Numbered from the stretch's first letter, positions 37,188-51,220 are shown. The stretch: 64,000 nt of DNA from Octopus vulgaris (GCA_951406725.2 OX597842.1:15624001-15688000), one strand, 5' to 3'. The notes: generated by a model from the letters alone, not told the origin. Translations and numbers: made by a program.

Positions 37188-38966
37188 GCAGTCTTCATTG
37201 AGTGTGTGTTGTTAGTTGTGACAAGACGGTGAATTTTTTCTGTGTGTAAATTGATTTGGTATCGCGCGAGGCGTTTGCCTCCACGCCGGAGACCTTCCGA
37301 AGAAGGTGAATTGACCCTCTAGTCATGGCGACTTACGCGGGGGTCACCGGAAAAAAAGCGATTCGTCGCTAATAGTAAGGAGGTGTTCTTTGAGAAGGAG
37401 AAACTCAAAGAATATGAAAAGCTTTTCAAAAGGGAGCGTGATAGCGTGAAGCTAACCCCCCCCCCGCGAAAGCAAAAGAGGATAAAGAAAGCAAGACGGT
37501 GACATATAGAACCCAAGACAGGAGTACGAAGAAACTGGCAAGAGTGGAGATAGACGAAATTGAGAAATGTCTGGGAGACATAATGGGAAAAATAACTTAT
37601 GTGAGTAGAGGCAAGAAATTTGGTACGGTGGAGGTTAGATGTGCAACGGAGGAAGTTGCGGCATCACTGGCTACCACCGTACTAAGAGCCGAAAAATTCA
37701 CAATGTGGCCCTCATACGAGGGAAAAAGAGGGGTTCGGGTTAAAATCCCGAATATACCCCCATAAGTGAAAACAGAATGGCTGGCAACAGCTATTCTAGG
37801 AGCAGCAGAAGAGGAAGTGGAGGCGGAACCAATTAAGGAGTCCAACGTGGTAAACTGGAGAGGATATGGGGTAGAATTGTGGCTGATGGCCACAACAGAG
37901 GATATTGAAAGGTTTCCCTACAGAATTGAAATTGAAGAGGAATAAACCCTCAGCGTAATTGTAGAGGGGAGAAAACCAAACTGTTACTTGTGTGGGACAA
38001 GGGGGCACATTAAAAGATAGTGCCCGTTATATGAATTCGTAGCGGAGTGCGAGCAGGAACTTGAAGAAAAGAAGAATACTATAAATAAGAAAGAAAGCAT
38101 AGAAAAGGAAAGAAAACAACAAGAGAAAGGAAATAATAAGTCAATGAAGGGAAAAAGAAATAAAAGAAAAGGAAGAAATAGAACCAAAACAGAGTCAAGG
38201 GAAAAAAAGGATAAAGAAACAATAGGAATAAAACAAGAGAGGTATCAGAATCAAACGAAAAGAAAGGACGGCACACAAAAAGAAAAAGAAAATGCAGGAA
38301 AGGAACATAAAGCACGAGAGAAAACAGACAAAGAGCCAAAAAGACAAGAGAAGGAAGGAGAAAGAAAAGAAGGCAAAAAGAGAGAAAGAGAGAAACAAAG
38401 AGAGGAGAACAAGGAAGAAATAAGCCCGAAAAGGAAGATGAAGGAAAACGCAGGACGAAACAAGATTACTATTACTACAAGTTAGTAACCTACCATTTCT
38501 GCCCTGTAATGAATGACTTGACAAGTAAAACGGAGGGACATGTATGGGTCAACAGGATGACCGACCGGACGGGGTAGACTGCTCTTATCCCCGAAGAAGG
38601 AGCCGCTGTGTTCTTCAGAGCTGCCGGGGAAAATGTAATATTTTTCACGAAGGCTCGAGTGAGAGAGCGGCTACCTGAGGATTCAGTGATGGACTTCAGA
38701 GAAGTAGAAACAATCATAGAATATGTGTAACATTGTGAGAGGAAAAGAAAAAATAAATTGGTGAAATATATGTGATAAAACTGACGAAAATGTAACCTCT
38801 TGATTCCGGGGATCGAGTGGACATTTTCATCTCATTGTAAATATTCTTTCATATGTCATTATTACTTTTATTTTTTCCTTTTCTTGTCATTCGCTTTCTT
38901 ATTTTAAGTTCCCCGATTGTGTTGTCCATCTCTGTGTTAGCCTTTATGGTAAATAAAAAAATCATT
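37188..38966 (+). mobile_element. ORF1-only ('half') Tx1-like retroelement, complete but decayed (element D)
   Basis: 5' UTR, ATG ~37325 (MATYAGVTGKK), YVSRGKKFGTVEVRC, knuckle CYLCGTRGHIKR*C, K/E-rich tail to ~38730, 3' UTR homologous to element F, AATAAA ~38952; no endonuclease or RT. Confidence 0.8.
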
Positions 38967-41900
38967 GCAGTCTTAATTGTGCAGGTCTGTTTTGTCGATT
39001 ATTACCGGTTTGTGAATTTAACTTCTGTTACTTTGTTTTATATATTGTGTATTTTGTGTAAAACTGTTATTAGCCTTCGCGCGAAGGCTACGTATTAAAA
39101 TCCCCCCCCCCTCGCGGGAATTATTACTGTGAAACAATTATTGTGGAACAATTTTAAAATACACACAAAAGGCTTGCGAAGCCAGTTTTTTTGAAGGCTT
39201 GTTAAAGCCAATTGAAAGGCTTGTTAAGCCACATCCGGAGATGGATACTCCTATCTCCTATTCACCTGTATCAGATGAAGAAAGTTCACCGGCGGTTTCG
39301 CCAAAAACTGAAGAAGTCCCAGCGAAGAAGTTCGCAGAAGCTGCGGGCAAAAAACAGAAAAAAATTAACACTGAAAAAAGCAACCTAGAAAAATATGCAG
39401 CATCTTCGAAAATGGAGGGTAATGAAGTGACAGTAATACGAGACGTCAGAAAGACAGATGAAGTAGATAAAAGAAGGACAATTTACAAAACGTATAATAA
39501 GACGATGAAAACCATTCAAAGAGTGGAAGAAAAAAATCGAGAATTGTTTAAAGACAATATGGAAAGACATCACATGCATAAACCGTGGCAGAAAATTCGG
39601 AACGGTTGAGGTGAGGTTCAGGACAGAGGAGATAGCCAAGAAGCTATCAACCGAACCTCTAAAAGCGGAGAATATAGTCCTCCTCCCCCTGTACAGAGGC
39701 AGAAGGACCTCGAAGATCAAAATAAACAACATTCCCCCAGAGACAGACGCCACATGCCTGCTGGCGGCAGTGATATTAGGCCTGGAGGACAAGATCACTA
39801 TCCTCCAGGCTACAGTAGAGGAGGAGGAGTATTGGCAAGGCCAATGCATCTCAATGGCGATGCAGGCGGAGGTTCAGGCGTTGGAAGAAATTCCAGAGAC
39901 ATTGAGGATCAGCGAGGAGGAGAGGGTGATAGTGTTTGTGGAGGGCAGAAAGCCGATGTGTTTCGGCTGCGGTAAAAAGGGTCACGTGAGAGCGGAATGC
40001 CAACCTACGTCGTAGGAAGCAGCACCGCCAGAAAAAGAAAAACCAGAAGCGAAAACACCAGAAACTACAGAATCAAAAGAAACCAAAGAAGCAACAGAAA
40101 CAACAAGCGGCGAAGAAAAGGAAAAAGAGGAGGGGTGGTCAAAAATCACCATGAAAAAACGGAAAACAAAAACCACCCCTCAGAAAGAGAGCTAAAAAAA
40201 GAGAAAAGAAACTACGAATACATTTATAGCCATTAAGGCAGCCAACAACAGGCTAATTAACGTTTTGGCAGCTATGGAAAAGGTGGAAATAATTAAAAAA
40301 ACGAAAGACTTTATTGTTTATAGAATAGGCCGGAAGGATTACGGACGGATAAAGTCCGAATTCTACCATGATGTGGGCCCTCTGAGATTGGACATATCTC
40401 CATATATATACGAGGGCCTGCGTCGGACTCCCCCACGAACCCAGGAAAAAGAAAAAAACGTGAATAAAATGAACAAGGCGTACAACTGATATAAGGTAAG
40501 TCATGGATTACATTTATGTTGGTTGTTTAAATGTGCGCGGCCTGGGATCAAGCGGGAAGCAGGGTCGTTTCCTTAATGATAACAGGTCGCGTAATTTGGA
40601 TGTCATTGTTGCTACAGAAACCCGGTTAGAGGGGCCAAGAGGTCTGCTCCCGCTGTTCGACGGCAACGAGAGTTTTCTCTCTCCGGCCAGTCCTACCGGC
40701 GGGGGTGGGGTGTTGGTCCTATTAAAAAGAAACCGGGTTTTTGAGAAAAAGTTAATTTTTTCAGACCCAGAAGGTAGGCTGGTCGTCATGGATTCGACGT
40801 TCAGTAACGGTAAAGTTATCAGACTGGTTGCAATTTACGCACCCAACCAAAAGGGGAAAAGTGATTATTTTCGAGAGCTGGAGAACTTTCTTTGAGCTAG
40901 CAGATCCTTATAGGCTGGAATTTCCGAATGCTCCATTGTGGACATGGTCAAGCAGCGACGGATCTTCCAGGTCATACATAGATAGAATACTAATTAGAAA
41001 AGTAGACAGAGAAATAGCTAAATGTCCACAGTTTTACCCGGTCAGCTACAGTGATCATAAAATGGTCACCTGTAAGCTTTACATAGATAAGGCTAATAAT
41101 AGAGGCTCCGGTTATTGGTAACTGAATACGTCCCTTTTGGCGATTAAGGAGTACAGAGACCGGATTAGGACTATAATTCAGAGGGCGCTATCTGGTGCCA
41201 TCATTAATAACAAATGGTAGTATGCCCTCAAGCAAGCCATCAAATTCGAGACTATAAGATATAGCATAGGATTAGTGGCTAGAGAGGCTAGGAGGGAATC
41301 AACTTTAGTTAAGGAATTAGAGGGAGCCATGAGAACTGGCTCTGTGGATCAGGTGAAGGCCAAGAGACTGGCGTTAAACCAGCACCCCGAGGCCAAACAT
41401 ATGGGCTGCATTGTCAGGGCTAGGATCCGCGCAATAGGTTGTGAGGGAATCAACGCCGTGAGATGGGCCCGAGTGGTGGAAGCTCAGCGTGGTAATGACG
41501 CCACAATTCGATCTTTGACGAACCAACAAGGTAAGTTGATAAACGAACCCGAGGAGATGTGTGAGGCCTTTCAGGAGCACTTCGCTCAGATTTTCTGTGG
41601 GGGCGGCGGACTGGATAGAAGGAGAGTCTTTACGGACCTCCTCGACGGGCTGCCGCGCCTATCGGTGCGAGATGCGGAGGGCTGTGAAGGGCCAATCACG
41701 CCTGAGGAATAGGCGGAGGCGATGGCGGACTGCGGCGCGGGCAAGGTACCAGGTTTGGATGGTCTACCCTATGAGTTATATAAGAGTATGCCAGACTTGT
41801 TCGGGCACCTACTGACGGAGATCTACGCGAACTGGCAGCAGAACGGGTTCATTCCCAGATCTGTGCACCGGGGAGTTGTGACTCTTGTCAGAAAGGACCC

Positions 41901-44036
41901 GAGCAAAGGGGAGTGCATTGATTATTTCAGGCCCATCACTCTGCTAAACACAGAGTTGAAGATTTTGGCCAAAGCGTTATCGAAAAGATTGGCGAGTGTC
42001 GCGAATAGTCTAATCGGGGAGGCACAGACATGTGCCGTTCCCGGCAGATCCATTCAGGATAATCTCCATCTTATGCGGTACACTATAGAGAGGTTTAATA
42101 GTGATTCTGGCAAGGGTGGGGCACTTGTCCATTTAGACCAATCTAAAGCATTCGATAGGGTCGACCATCGCTACCTGGTGTCTGCCCTGGCACAGTTTGG
42201 GCTGGGCCTTGGCTTCCTCAGGTGGATTATCCAAATTTACGATAACATCGACTCGGTAGTTCGGGTGAACGGCTTCTTTTCGAGGCCGTTCAACATCAAG
42301 CGCTCGGTTCGTCAAGGGTTTCCGCTCTCCCCGCTTTTGTACGTGGTGGCTCTTGAGCCATTACTGCGAAAACTGAGCGGCATCCCGAGACAACCAGGTT
42401 GTGGAAAATCGGTGTCAGCTTACGCGGATGACATCACCATCATCGTAACCGAAATGGATCACCTACAGAGGGTAGGCAAGGCCATAGAGGTTTACGAGAC
42501 GGTGACAGCAGCAAAGGTTAATCGTGAAAAGTCAGTTGGCTTGCAGCTCGGCACCTGGAGAGGCAAGCTCGGCACCTGGAGAGGCAAGTCGATGCCTCCT
42601 GACAGCGTCGTGGGACGTTGGACGGAGGGTCCGATTAAGTTGCTAGGGGTTTGGTTTGGACCAGACCTCCAAATAGAGAAGAACTGGGGCGAGGTATCGA
42701 GCAGGGTGGCTGCGGCAGCCAAGACGCGGTCTTAGCGGTGGCTATCCCTGAAAGGAAGGGTGGAGGTAGCCAATGTGTTTATCGCATCGGTTATCACCTA
42801 CCGCCTATCCGTCGTTCCTTGCCCTGATTCGTGGTTGATCAAGTTGGAAAGACAGCTCTTCTACTTCTTGTGGAAGGGCGGGAAACCAATTGTGAAACGC
42901 TCTACTTGCTGTCAACAACCGTTAAAAGGTGGACTAGTGATGCCTTGGCTGATTATGCGCAGAAATGCGCTGAGGATAAGACATCTGTGGCTCTACCTGG
43001 ATGGTGAACGGGTGTGGTCTCCGCTAGCAAAACTGATGTTTCCCAAGTTCACTAGTTTCGGTGGATGGGAAACCTGGCTGAATCGTAGATCGAAACTGGG
43101 CACATGGTACACGGAGTGTCGCAAGGCTCTCCTGCTATTCCGTCGCTCGGGCAACGCCTGCGGTGGGGGTTCCACCATATTCTTCTATAGAGGGTTGGTA
43201 GAGGCGGAATGTGAAGATACCTTAGGGGAAGAACTAGGTCTCGACGATAACCAGCTGGCCAGTCTGTTCCAATGTACATTCGGGCCGACGACCCTGGACA
43301 ACTTCCAGAAGTCTCTGGCATGGCAGTATTACAGAGGAGCTCTACCTGTTCGGGATAAACACGCAAGGCACGGTGGTCAAGACAGTCCGATATGTCCAAG
43401 ATGCGGGCGGGATAGGGAAACCGTCCCGCACGCTATTGTTCATTGTTCGGTCGTGTTAGAGGTGTGGGTTCATTGTTCGGTCGTGTCAGAGGTGTTGGTG
43501 TACGAAGAGTACAGCTGTCGACTGAGTCTATTATAAAAATTGACCCACCAGATTTCCTCGCGAAAGAAGGTAAGAATTGTTTACTCGTTGTAGTAGCAAT
43601 TGCGAGAGACGTGATTTGGAAGACTAGGATGAAAGGTTTACGGTCAGGCAAGTTCATCTCCGGCCCTGGATTGATGAATTATTTCATCTTTCACCTAAAA
43701 AGGAATATAGAGTTGGAGAGAAAATGCCTGACTAAGAAAGTGTATGAAGAACGATGGAAGGATGTAGCACGAAAGTTGCGAATGGATGACACCACATAAA
43801 TGTAAAACAAGACGAAACCAAAGTATCAGTGGTGAGGCGGGGCTCGTGGGGTCCGAGCTAAACCCGCCCCCACTCCATCCGTAATGTCTTCCGGTCTGTT
43901 CTTCATTCGATTTTATATTTTTGTATTTTTGTGAATTTTTAATCTCATTTTTTTGTAACTCCATCCGAGAATCTGATCCCACACCAGGTTGTATTGTCCC
44001 CTCTATGTTCGCCCCTTGTGGGTAATAATAAAACAA
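38967..44036 (+). mobile_element. Full-length decayed Tx1-clade LINE (element E)
   Basis: ORF1 from ~39241 (CFGCGKKGHVRAEC); ORF2 40503-43799 with stops, an endonuclease deletion and a 21-nt in-frame duplication (LGTWRGK twice); 3' end ...ccccttgtgggtaatAATAAA. Confidence 0.93.
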
Positions 44037-44404
44037 TTCCAGTCTGTTATATATTTTGAGTATTGTTATCACTAGAGATATCAAGATATAACTTTGTATT
44101 TTGTATTTTATGTGTAGATGTATATATATATAGATGTACATGTAATATGTACACACATATATACACATATATACATGCACTAGCACTATGACCCGGCAAC
44201 GACGAGTCTTTAATTCTAGTCTATATATAAAACTGAGAATATGTGTGTCTGTCTGTTAGTCTGTCAGTCAGTCTGTCTGTCTCTCTTTTAATAGTTTCAT
44301 TTCATCATTTCACTATGTATATATATATATATATATACTTATTTGTATATATATTAATACATTCGCTTGTAATAGTTTTACTCCTATTAGTTTCACTATG
44401 TATA

Positions 44405-44645
44405 TATTGGGTTGCCCGGAAAGTTCGTGCCGATTTATAGTAGCTTACCTTTCGACTCGTTCATGAGCACCTGGTAAAGCTTGGGTGCACAAATCGTTCC
44501 AACATGATAATGCAAGACCGCACGTTTCTTTGGGAACGAGACGGAAATTGGTGCAGATCGGCAGGGATGTGTTACCCCACCCTCCATATTCACCAGATGT
44601 TCCTCCCTCGGATCTCTACTTCTTCAGGTCTCTGCAGAATAGGTT
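44405..44645 (+). mobile_element. Mariner fragment from a second family (one TIR plus catalytic-domain remnant)
   Basis: TIR-like tattgggttgcccggaaagttcgtgccgattt; FQHDNARPH...VLPHPPYSPDVPPSD matches the mariner DD34D region. Confidence 0.8.
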
Positions 44646-44662
44646 TTTCCGCCTAACCTATT

Positions 44663-44714
<52 letters not shown>

Positions 44715-45057
44715 GTTGATTATTTTCAACCATCACCATCACCAGTACCACCACCATCACCACCACAACTGCCATACAGACACCATCATCAATGCCTTTG
44801 ACTTGGCCGCCTTCCGCTCCACCACTGTCTTTCACATCGCTAACGATCAACACTGTCCCCGACTGCTCCAGCTAGCAATACAAACACCATTAACACCATC
44901 GCCTCTGCCTCTATCACAACTACGGCATATACTATTACTATCACCTCAACAGGAGCAGCATTCGGAATGTTAATGAGTAGTGGGATGGGGATTCGAAATG
45001 TGACTCACTGACACACGATTTTCGCATTTATTATATTAGATGTATATATATATATGT

Positions 45058-45093
<36 letters not shown>

Positions 45094-45379
45094 ATAACAA
45101 TATAATAAATAAATAAAATATATGCATATATACGTACATATATGTACATACTTATATCTACATGTATATATACAAGCATATATATATATTTATGAGTACA
45201 GGATAACACAACGTGAAACGAAAACAAAATCAAACAAAAAAAACGGACTTTTTTTAACAACGAAAAAACAGAGTACAGGACAAACAATGCAAGGAAAATT
45301 CCCCTTCATCAGCTGTCCCTGGTTCGGCTCAATGCGTGTTTCGAAGGTAAGGACAGAACACGGCCAGACCGAAGCAATC

Positions 45380-47890
45380 CTTCCTGCAAGAAAGTCGTCG
45401 CACTTTCACTTCTCTAATCCTCTATAGAAAGCTAAAGTGCACGTTCCACCTATTGCAGTGCCCGACTAGCTGAGAGCTGTGAGCGCTTGAAGACATTCCA
45501 CCTTCCAAATGTCTCCTCTCGGTCACTCTTTTACCGAGGACTGAAGCTCTGTTAAAGAAACTAGCTGCGGAAATGTGTGTCTGGCGAACGGTGATAACAT
45601 CTCTTCACCGTCAAGCACTTGAAATGTAGCCTCAGCGCATACCTGCGCATCATTCACCACGGCTTATCCAGGACACCACGCAGCGGGTGTTGACAGCAGA
45701 TATACCACCTGAACTTCGGGACGCATCCTTTCCACAAGAAGCGGGAGAGTATGCGCTCCAGCATAATCAGATAATGGCCTGGACAAGACACGGCGGTGAA
45801 GCGATAGTAGACGGCGGACACGATATACGCGTTAGCCACCTCTGCCCGACATTTCAGGAATAGCTTTCTCTCGGCCCATTTCCGGGTGAGAGTAGGCACC
45901 CAGCTCGTTACCTCGTCCCAGTTTCTACCCATTTGCTGGTCCGGAGCAAACTACACCTCCAACAATTTAACCGATCCGTCCGGTGCCGAAAGACGCAGTT
46001 CGATGGCATGGACTTGTTTCTCTATGGTGCCGAACCGAAAGTTCACTGATTTTTCTGGTTAATTGTCACCTCTGAAACTGCCTCGTAGACCTTGAAAGCG
46101 GTGCGGGCCATGTTTATGTTTCATGATCCGACACCACTACGGTGACGTCACCGGCATGTCCCGACATGAATCTCCCAATTCCTAGGTCACGCTGAATGCT
46201 TATCAAAACTTCCACTTTGTGTATTAGTTGATCGAGAGTCAGTACATGCAAGAGAGTCGAGAGGGGTAACCTACTCGGACCGAGCGCATGATGTTGAACG
46301 GTTGTGATAGGTGACATTCCACTCTGACCACTGAACCGATATCGATGTGTCGCAGCGATCCAGCCAATGAATGCAGGCCCAAAACAAACTGCTTTGAGGA
46401 ACCGCCGCCACGTATAGATTGTCGACCTGATCAAATGCTTTAGAGTGATCTAAATTAATCAGAGCGCCATGCGTGTCAGTTTCTTTAACCACTTTCTCAC
46501 AGATGTATCGCATAAGGTGGAAGTTATGGATGGATTATCTCGGGAGGGTGCAAGTCTGGGCCACCCCTACCAGATACCCGACGACAAGCGCCAACGTGGT
46601 AGCTAACACTTTAGCCAAAATTTTGAACTCTGCATTCAGCAGAGATATAGGCTTTAATCTGTCAATACATTCCCCCTTGTTCGGTTCTTTTCTCAGCAAG
46701 GCCACCGCTGCTCGGCTCTCAAAACTGGGAATCCTCCAATTCTGTTATCAGTTGTAGTAAACTTTTGCTAAAAGGTCGCAGAACAAGTTTGGTATGTAAG
46801 CATAAAGCTCGTAGAGAAGACCATCCAAACCAGGGGTTTACTCCTCATGCTGCCAGCCATTGCCTCCCGTATTTCAAAGGCAGTTATCAGCCTTTCGCAG
46901 CTCTCCGCCTATGTCGCCGAGAGCCGCGGCAGCCCTTCGAGTTAAGATGTGAAATTCATCCTGAGGTCCGGCTCGCCGCTCCTCTCAAGCATTGAACGAA
47001 GCGCAGATGAAAGGTAGCTCACGTCCGTTTCGTATCAATTATTATTTGCCGGTCATGGTTCAACAAGGATCATAACGTGGATTTATTGCAACGGTGTCCT
47101 TCTGCCACTCAGGCACATTATACGGCTTTCGGCCCTTTGTGTCTAAATGTTCGTGCCTTATCTCTGACAAAGCAACCTTCGTGTTTCACGTTGAAGAATT
47201 GGTCGACTCCTAATCTCGCTTCGAGCATGTTGGTCACAAAGCCTCTACTTTATTTCTTTCTGCTGCTGGGGACTTGTTAAATCTTATCGGTTCTAATAAC
47301 CCTTTTTTAGGGCGAATCACCATTTAATGTTGATTATTGTCCCCGTCAAGGCCCTCTTAATCAGTTCACTAATCCTATCTCTGAAATGTTTGTGCGCTGG
47401 CAACGAAATGTTCAGCTTCCAGCAACCGGGTTCCTGTCTATGAAGCGTGCCTAAGTCGACAGTACAGTTCACAAATGCGTGGCCTGTGTAGTCGACTACT
47501 TTAAATTGTGGACAACCTATGCTATCTTAATCTACTACTTCACAGAATACTCTATCTAGATACGATATAGATGACCCGATGTTGCTTGACCAGGTCCATA
47601 CTGGTACATCATGGAGATCCAGTCGATATCTGCCAGACAGTTGGAATCATCTGAACAGGTTTGCAAGGCTTTTGCATCCTTCTACGTACCATATCTTAGG
47701 TCTAAAATTCCATTCAAATACCCCACTAATACTAAAGAGTGATCGTTCCCTGGAAAGTTTCCAAACGTCTGAAGAAATCAGGTCGTTCTGCCCCTGTCGG
47801 GCAGAGAGGGCAACTGGCCTGAAAGTATGCCCTTCACTGCCTGTCACGTCGAGAACCACCGACTTAATTTCCGGATCCAGGGAGATCGTC
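45380..47890 (-). pseudogene. Old, heavily mutated Tx1 ORF2 remnant
   Basis: Fragments ALINLDHSKAFDQVD, TRKWAERKLFLKCRAEVANAYI, MVLDVTGSEGHTFR homologous to ORF2 of copies A/B. Confidence 0.88.
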
Positions 47891-48760
47891 CGTATTCCAC
47901 ACCAAACACATAAAAATAAACATACCCTTTAACCTAGCGAAAAAAATCTGCACCTTAGTTTCCGATACATACACTCGTGAACATAGACTCCTTGAAATTA
48001 GATCTACACTAACTAAAAGACATTACCCAATCACATTAGTAAATGAAGGCATCAAAAGAGCTAAGTTGATAGATATACAAATGTTAAGGAAAACTAGCCG
48101 AAATACTAAACAAGACTTAAAAATACTCCTGTACATTTCCCCACATAACCCTAGAAACAACGAAGCCTTCAAAATTATCACCCAAAATCTTCCCATCCTC
48201 ACAGCAGACAAAACAATGAACGAACTTTTTAGCTCATATAAAATTATAAAAAGCAAAATGCAACCGAAGTCACTGAAAAATTATTAACCAGCCCTAGACT
48301 GTATCCACTAGCAACAGAGCCAAACGTGACAAAATGTGGACGTTCTAACTGTGGAACATGCCTCCACCTCCTGGAGGGTTCAGAATTCTAATTCAAACAA
48401 GGAGAAATATTTAAGATCAAATCAAATTTCACCTGCGCCTCAGTAAATGTAATCCATGACATGACATGACATGCATAGGATGTGGTAAACTCTATATTGG
48501 ACAAAGAGGAATTTCGCTCCGTCAAAGAATCACCATTCACAAAGAGCAAATCCTTCACCCACAATACAGACAGTTAAAGGTGAGTGAACACATAGGAGGT
48601 GTTCCAGGAATCTTAATCCCAATTCCCAAATATTTCCCTTTTACCAATGTTCACAGAACACCACAATGCAACAAAGGTTGAATACAGAGGCATTTTTCAT
48701 CAATAAATTTCTCCCCCAACTAAATATGAACACACAACTCAATACAGAACACCACTAATT
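47890..48760 (+). mobile_element. Penelope-like element 3' fragment (RT thumb, Cys-rich linker, GIY-YIG endonuclease), probably Neptune-type
   Basis: YPITLVNEGIKRAK; KCGRSNCGTC; FTCASVNVI..MTCIGCGKLYIGQ...LRQRITIH; frameshifted. Confidence 0.8.
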
Positions 48761-49390
48761 CTTCAATTGAAAACACTAACCCCTATACAACCCCTACACC
48801 ACTCACATCTCTAAATCCAGAACTACTTACCTCCCTTACAAATAATACAGAACTACTTACCTCTCTTACAAATAATCTTTTTTCTCAGGAACTATTAGAC
48901 CTGACACCGTGTATTAGCCGGTGTTTTTCAAGCGATGAATAGCTTTGCGTAAACCATAGTTCGCTTTGTTCTCTTACTTTATTATCATTTTATAATCATC
49001 TCATAATAATGACTTTTATGAATCTAATCACTACCTCAGTCAATCTAAATGTATATATTTGTCGTTACCTGTCATAAAAAACCTTTTTTATTTGCAATGT
49101 GCATTTTCGTTGATTTTTCATATTTTACCTTTACATTTCCACGTGTATTTTATATTTTCTTTTTGTAACATATTTCTACTATATATATATATATATATAT
49201 AGATGAGTGTATTTTTACCTTGTTAACAATTAACCCGGGATAAATGAATAGTTACCAGGGTAGCAAAAATCTCACAAGTAAAGCGGTTGTAACTCCTTGT
49301 TTATAAAGGTAGAAACTTCATTTTTACGTGCAATTGCTTGTATAATATATGAATAAATAAATGGAGTTTAACGCAGGTATAAATGAAATA

Positions 49391-49489
49391 TTTTTACTTT
49401 CGACACATGTTTCGACAATTCCACTGATACCATTCAAAAAGGATAAACGGTATAAACAATGCAATTTTTTCTTCAGGAAAGTGAAAAAA
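49391..49489 (-). ncRNA. Type I minimal hammerhead ribozyme in pLTR (intact core, weakened stem II base)
   Basis: TTTTCACTTTC-CTGAAGA-AAAAATTGCATTG...CAGTGGAATTGTC-GAAA-CATGT-GTC|GAAAGTAAAA; stem I ACTTTC pairs with GAAAGT. Confidence 0.72.
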
Positions 49490-51124
49490 CGAAACTCGTC
49501 AATACGAAATTTTAGCAAAAGATGATGGATTTGTATAGCAATTAACTGAATGCTATTAATATTATTGAAAAAAACCTTATATGATATAACGTCAGAAGTA
49601 GCTTATAGAAAGAGCAGGGATATTAATAGTGAAGGTTAAATATAAAGGAAATTAAAGTTTAAAATATATATAATGATAGAGACTACTTATATGCACTAAA
49701 GGTGCCAATGTTTACATCTGTATGCACGCTCTATTACCGTGTTTACCAGGGGATTTTTAGAAAAAATAACGAAAAATAGCTCAGAATTACAGAGAAGACA
49801 GAATTCCTTGCCTTTGTCATAAGGTATCGAGATTGAGAGAATCAACCATTCTAAATGAAATTGTTCATTGTGGTCTTTTAGATTCCAAATTTGTTTGCTG
49901 AGACCGGTACTATTACGTTTATTTCTATCTCTAAATGTTGAGTAATGGATAGAAATTTTTTTAGATAACTCTAATGATGTGCTTCCAATGTAAAATCGTA
50001 CTTTATTACGTGTACTGATTATACACTGCTATATAGAATTTTTAATCTTAAAGTTACTTGACATAAACTTAATTCTATTGGAATTGACTTCGGATACAAT
50101 AACCTTGTTATTAATATTCCTAGAGGGTTGGATAATATTAGCTAAATTAATGTTAATATTAGTAAATGTATTAATATTGAACAGTTTGTTATTATGTGAA
50201 GAGATAATTTGTAAGAGATTTTTTGTGTTGGAAAACCGATCCTAACCGTGTGTGAATTGATAATAGAGTAATACCTAGAATTTTTTGGAAAATTCCTAAC
50301 AATAGCTTGACGAAACCGCAGTGGGAGACTAGATTTAATTTGTCTCCCGTACGGAATTATTAACCAAATATTTTTACTAGTATTTATAGCGTAATTGTTT
50401 TTGAAAGTGTTATATTTACTTTTAGAACGATACTAGGGGATTAAATATCACCCTTCATTCGCTTTGTAGCGGTACATAAGTTATGATTGTTATCAATAAT
50501 TCTTTTACGACTAGAAATCTTATCTACATTATTGAATTTACAATTTGACTGAGTAGAATCAATGTAGAAAATTTTCTCTGTATAACCTGCTTTAATTAAG
50601 GCAGAGTTATAGAATTCAGCATTATCATTGAAAATATAAACATTAGCAGATAATTTAGATAATCTAAATGAAATATTCTTAACTAAGTTCTTAGTAATTG
50701 CTCTAGGATGATTACTAAATTTGCTAATGTACTTAAGATTGGTCAACGGTTTACGAGTCACTGTGTAAATTAAGTGTAATATCCAAAAAGTTTGCCTTCG
50801 TCATATCGTCATCAAAAACGATTTTAAGCCCATTCTACTGACAAATTTAACTAAACTATTCTTAACTTTTTGTACCGTTTGGTTGGAAACATTTTGGAGG
50901 TAAAGCAAACACACCTTTAGTGCATATAAGTAGTCTCTATCGTTATATATAATTTAAACTTTAATTTCCTTTATATTTAACCTTCACTAATATCCCTGCT
51001 CTTTCTGTAAGCAACTTCTGACGTTATATCATGCAACGTTTTTTTAAATACTATTAATAGCGATTAGTTAATTGCTATACAAATCCATAATTATTTGCTA
51101 AAATGTCGTATTGACGAATTTCGT

Positions 51125-51220
51125 TTTTTCACTTTCCTGAATAGAAAATTGCATTGTTTGTAATGTGTATCCTTTTGAATGTTATCAGTGGAATTTTCGA
51201 AACATGTGTCGAAAGTAAAA
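51125..51220 (+). ncRNA. Second hammerhead copy (good stem II, core mutated to CTGAATA)
   Basis: ACTTTC-CTGAATA-GAAAATTGCATTG...CAGTGGAATTTTC-GAAA-CATGT-GTC|GAAAGT. Confidence 0.65.

Noticed and set aside
44178-44290. Second Helitron
   Set aside because: Only short terminus-like pieces (actagcactatgacccggcaacg; tctatatataaaa) with no coherent element that I could delimit.
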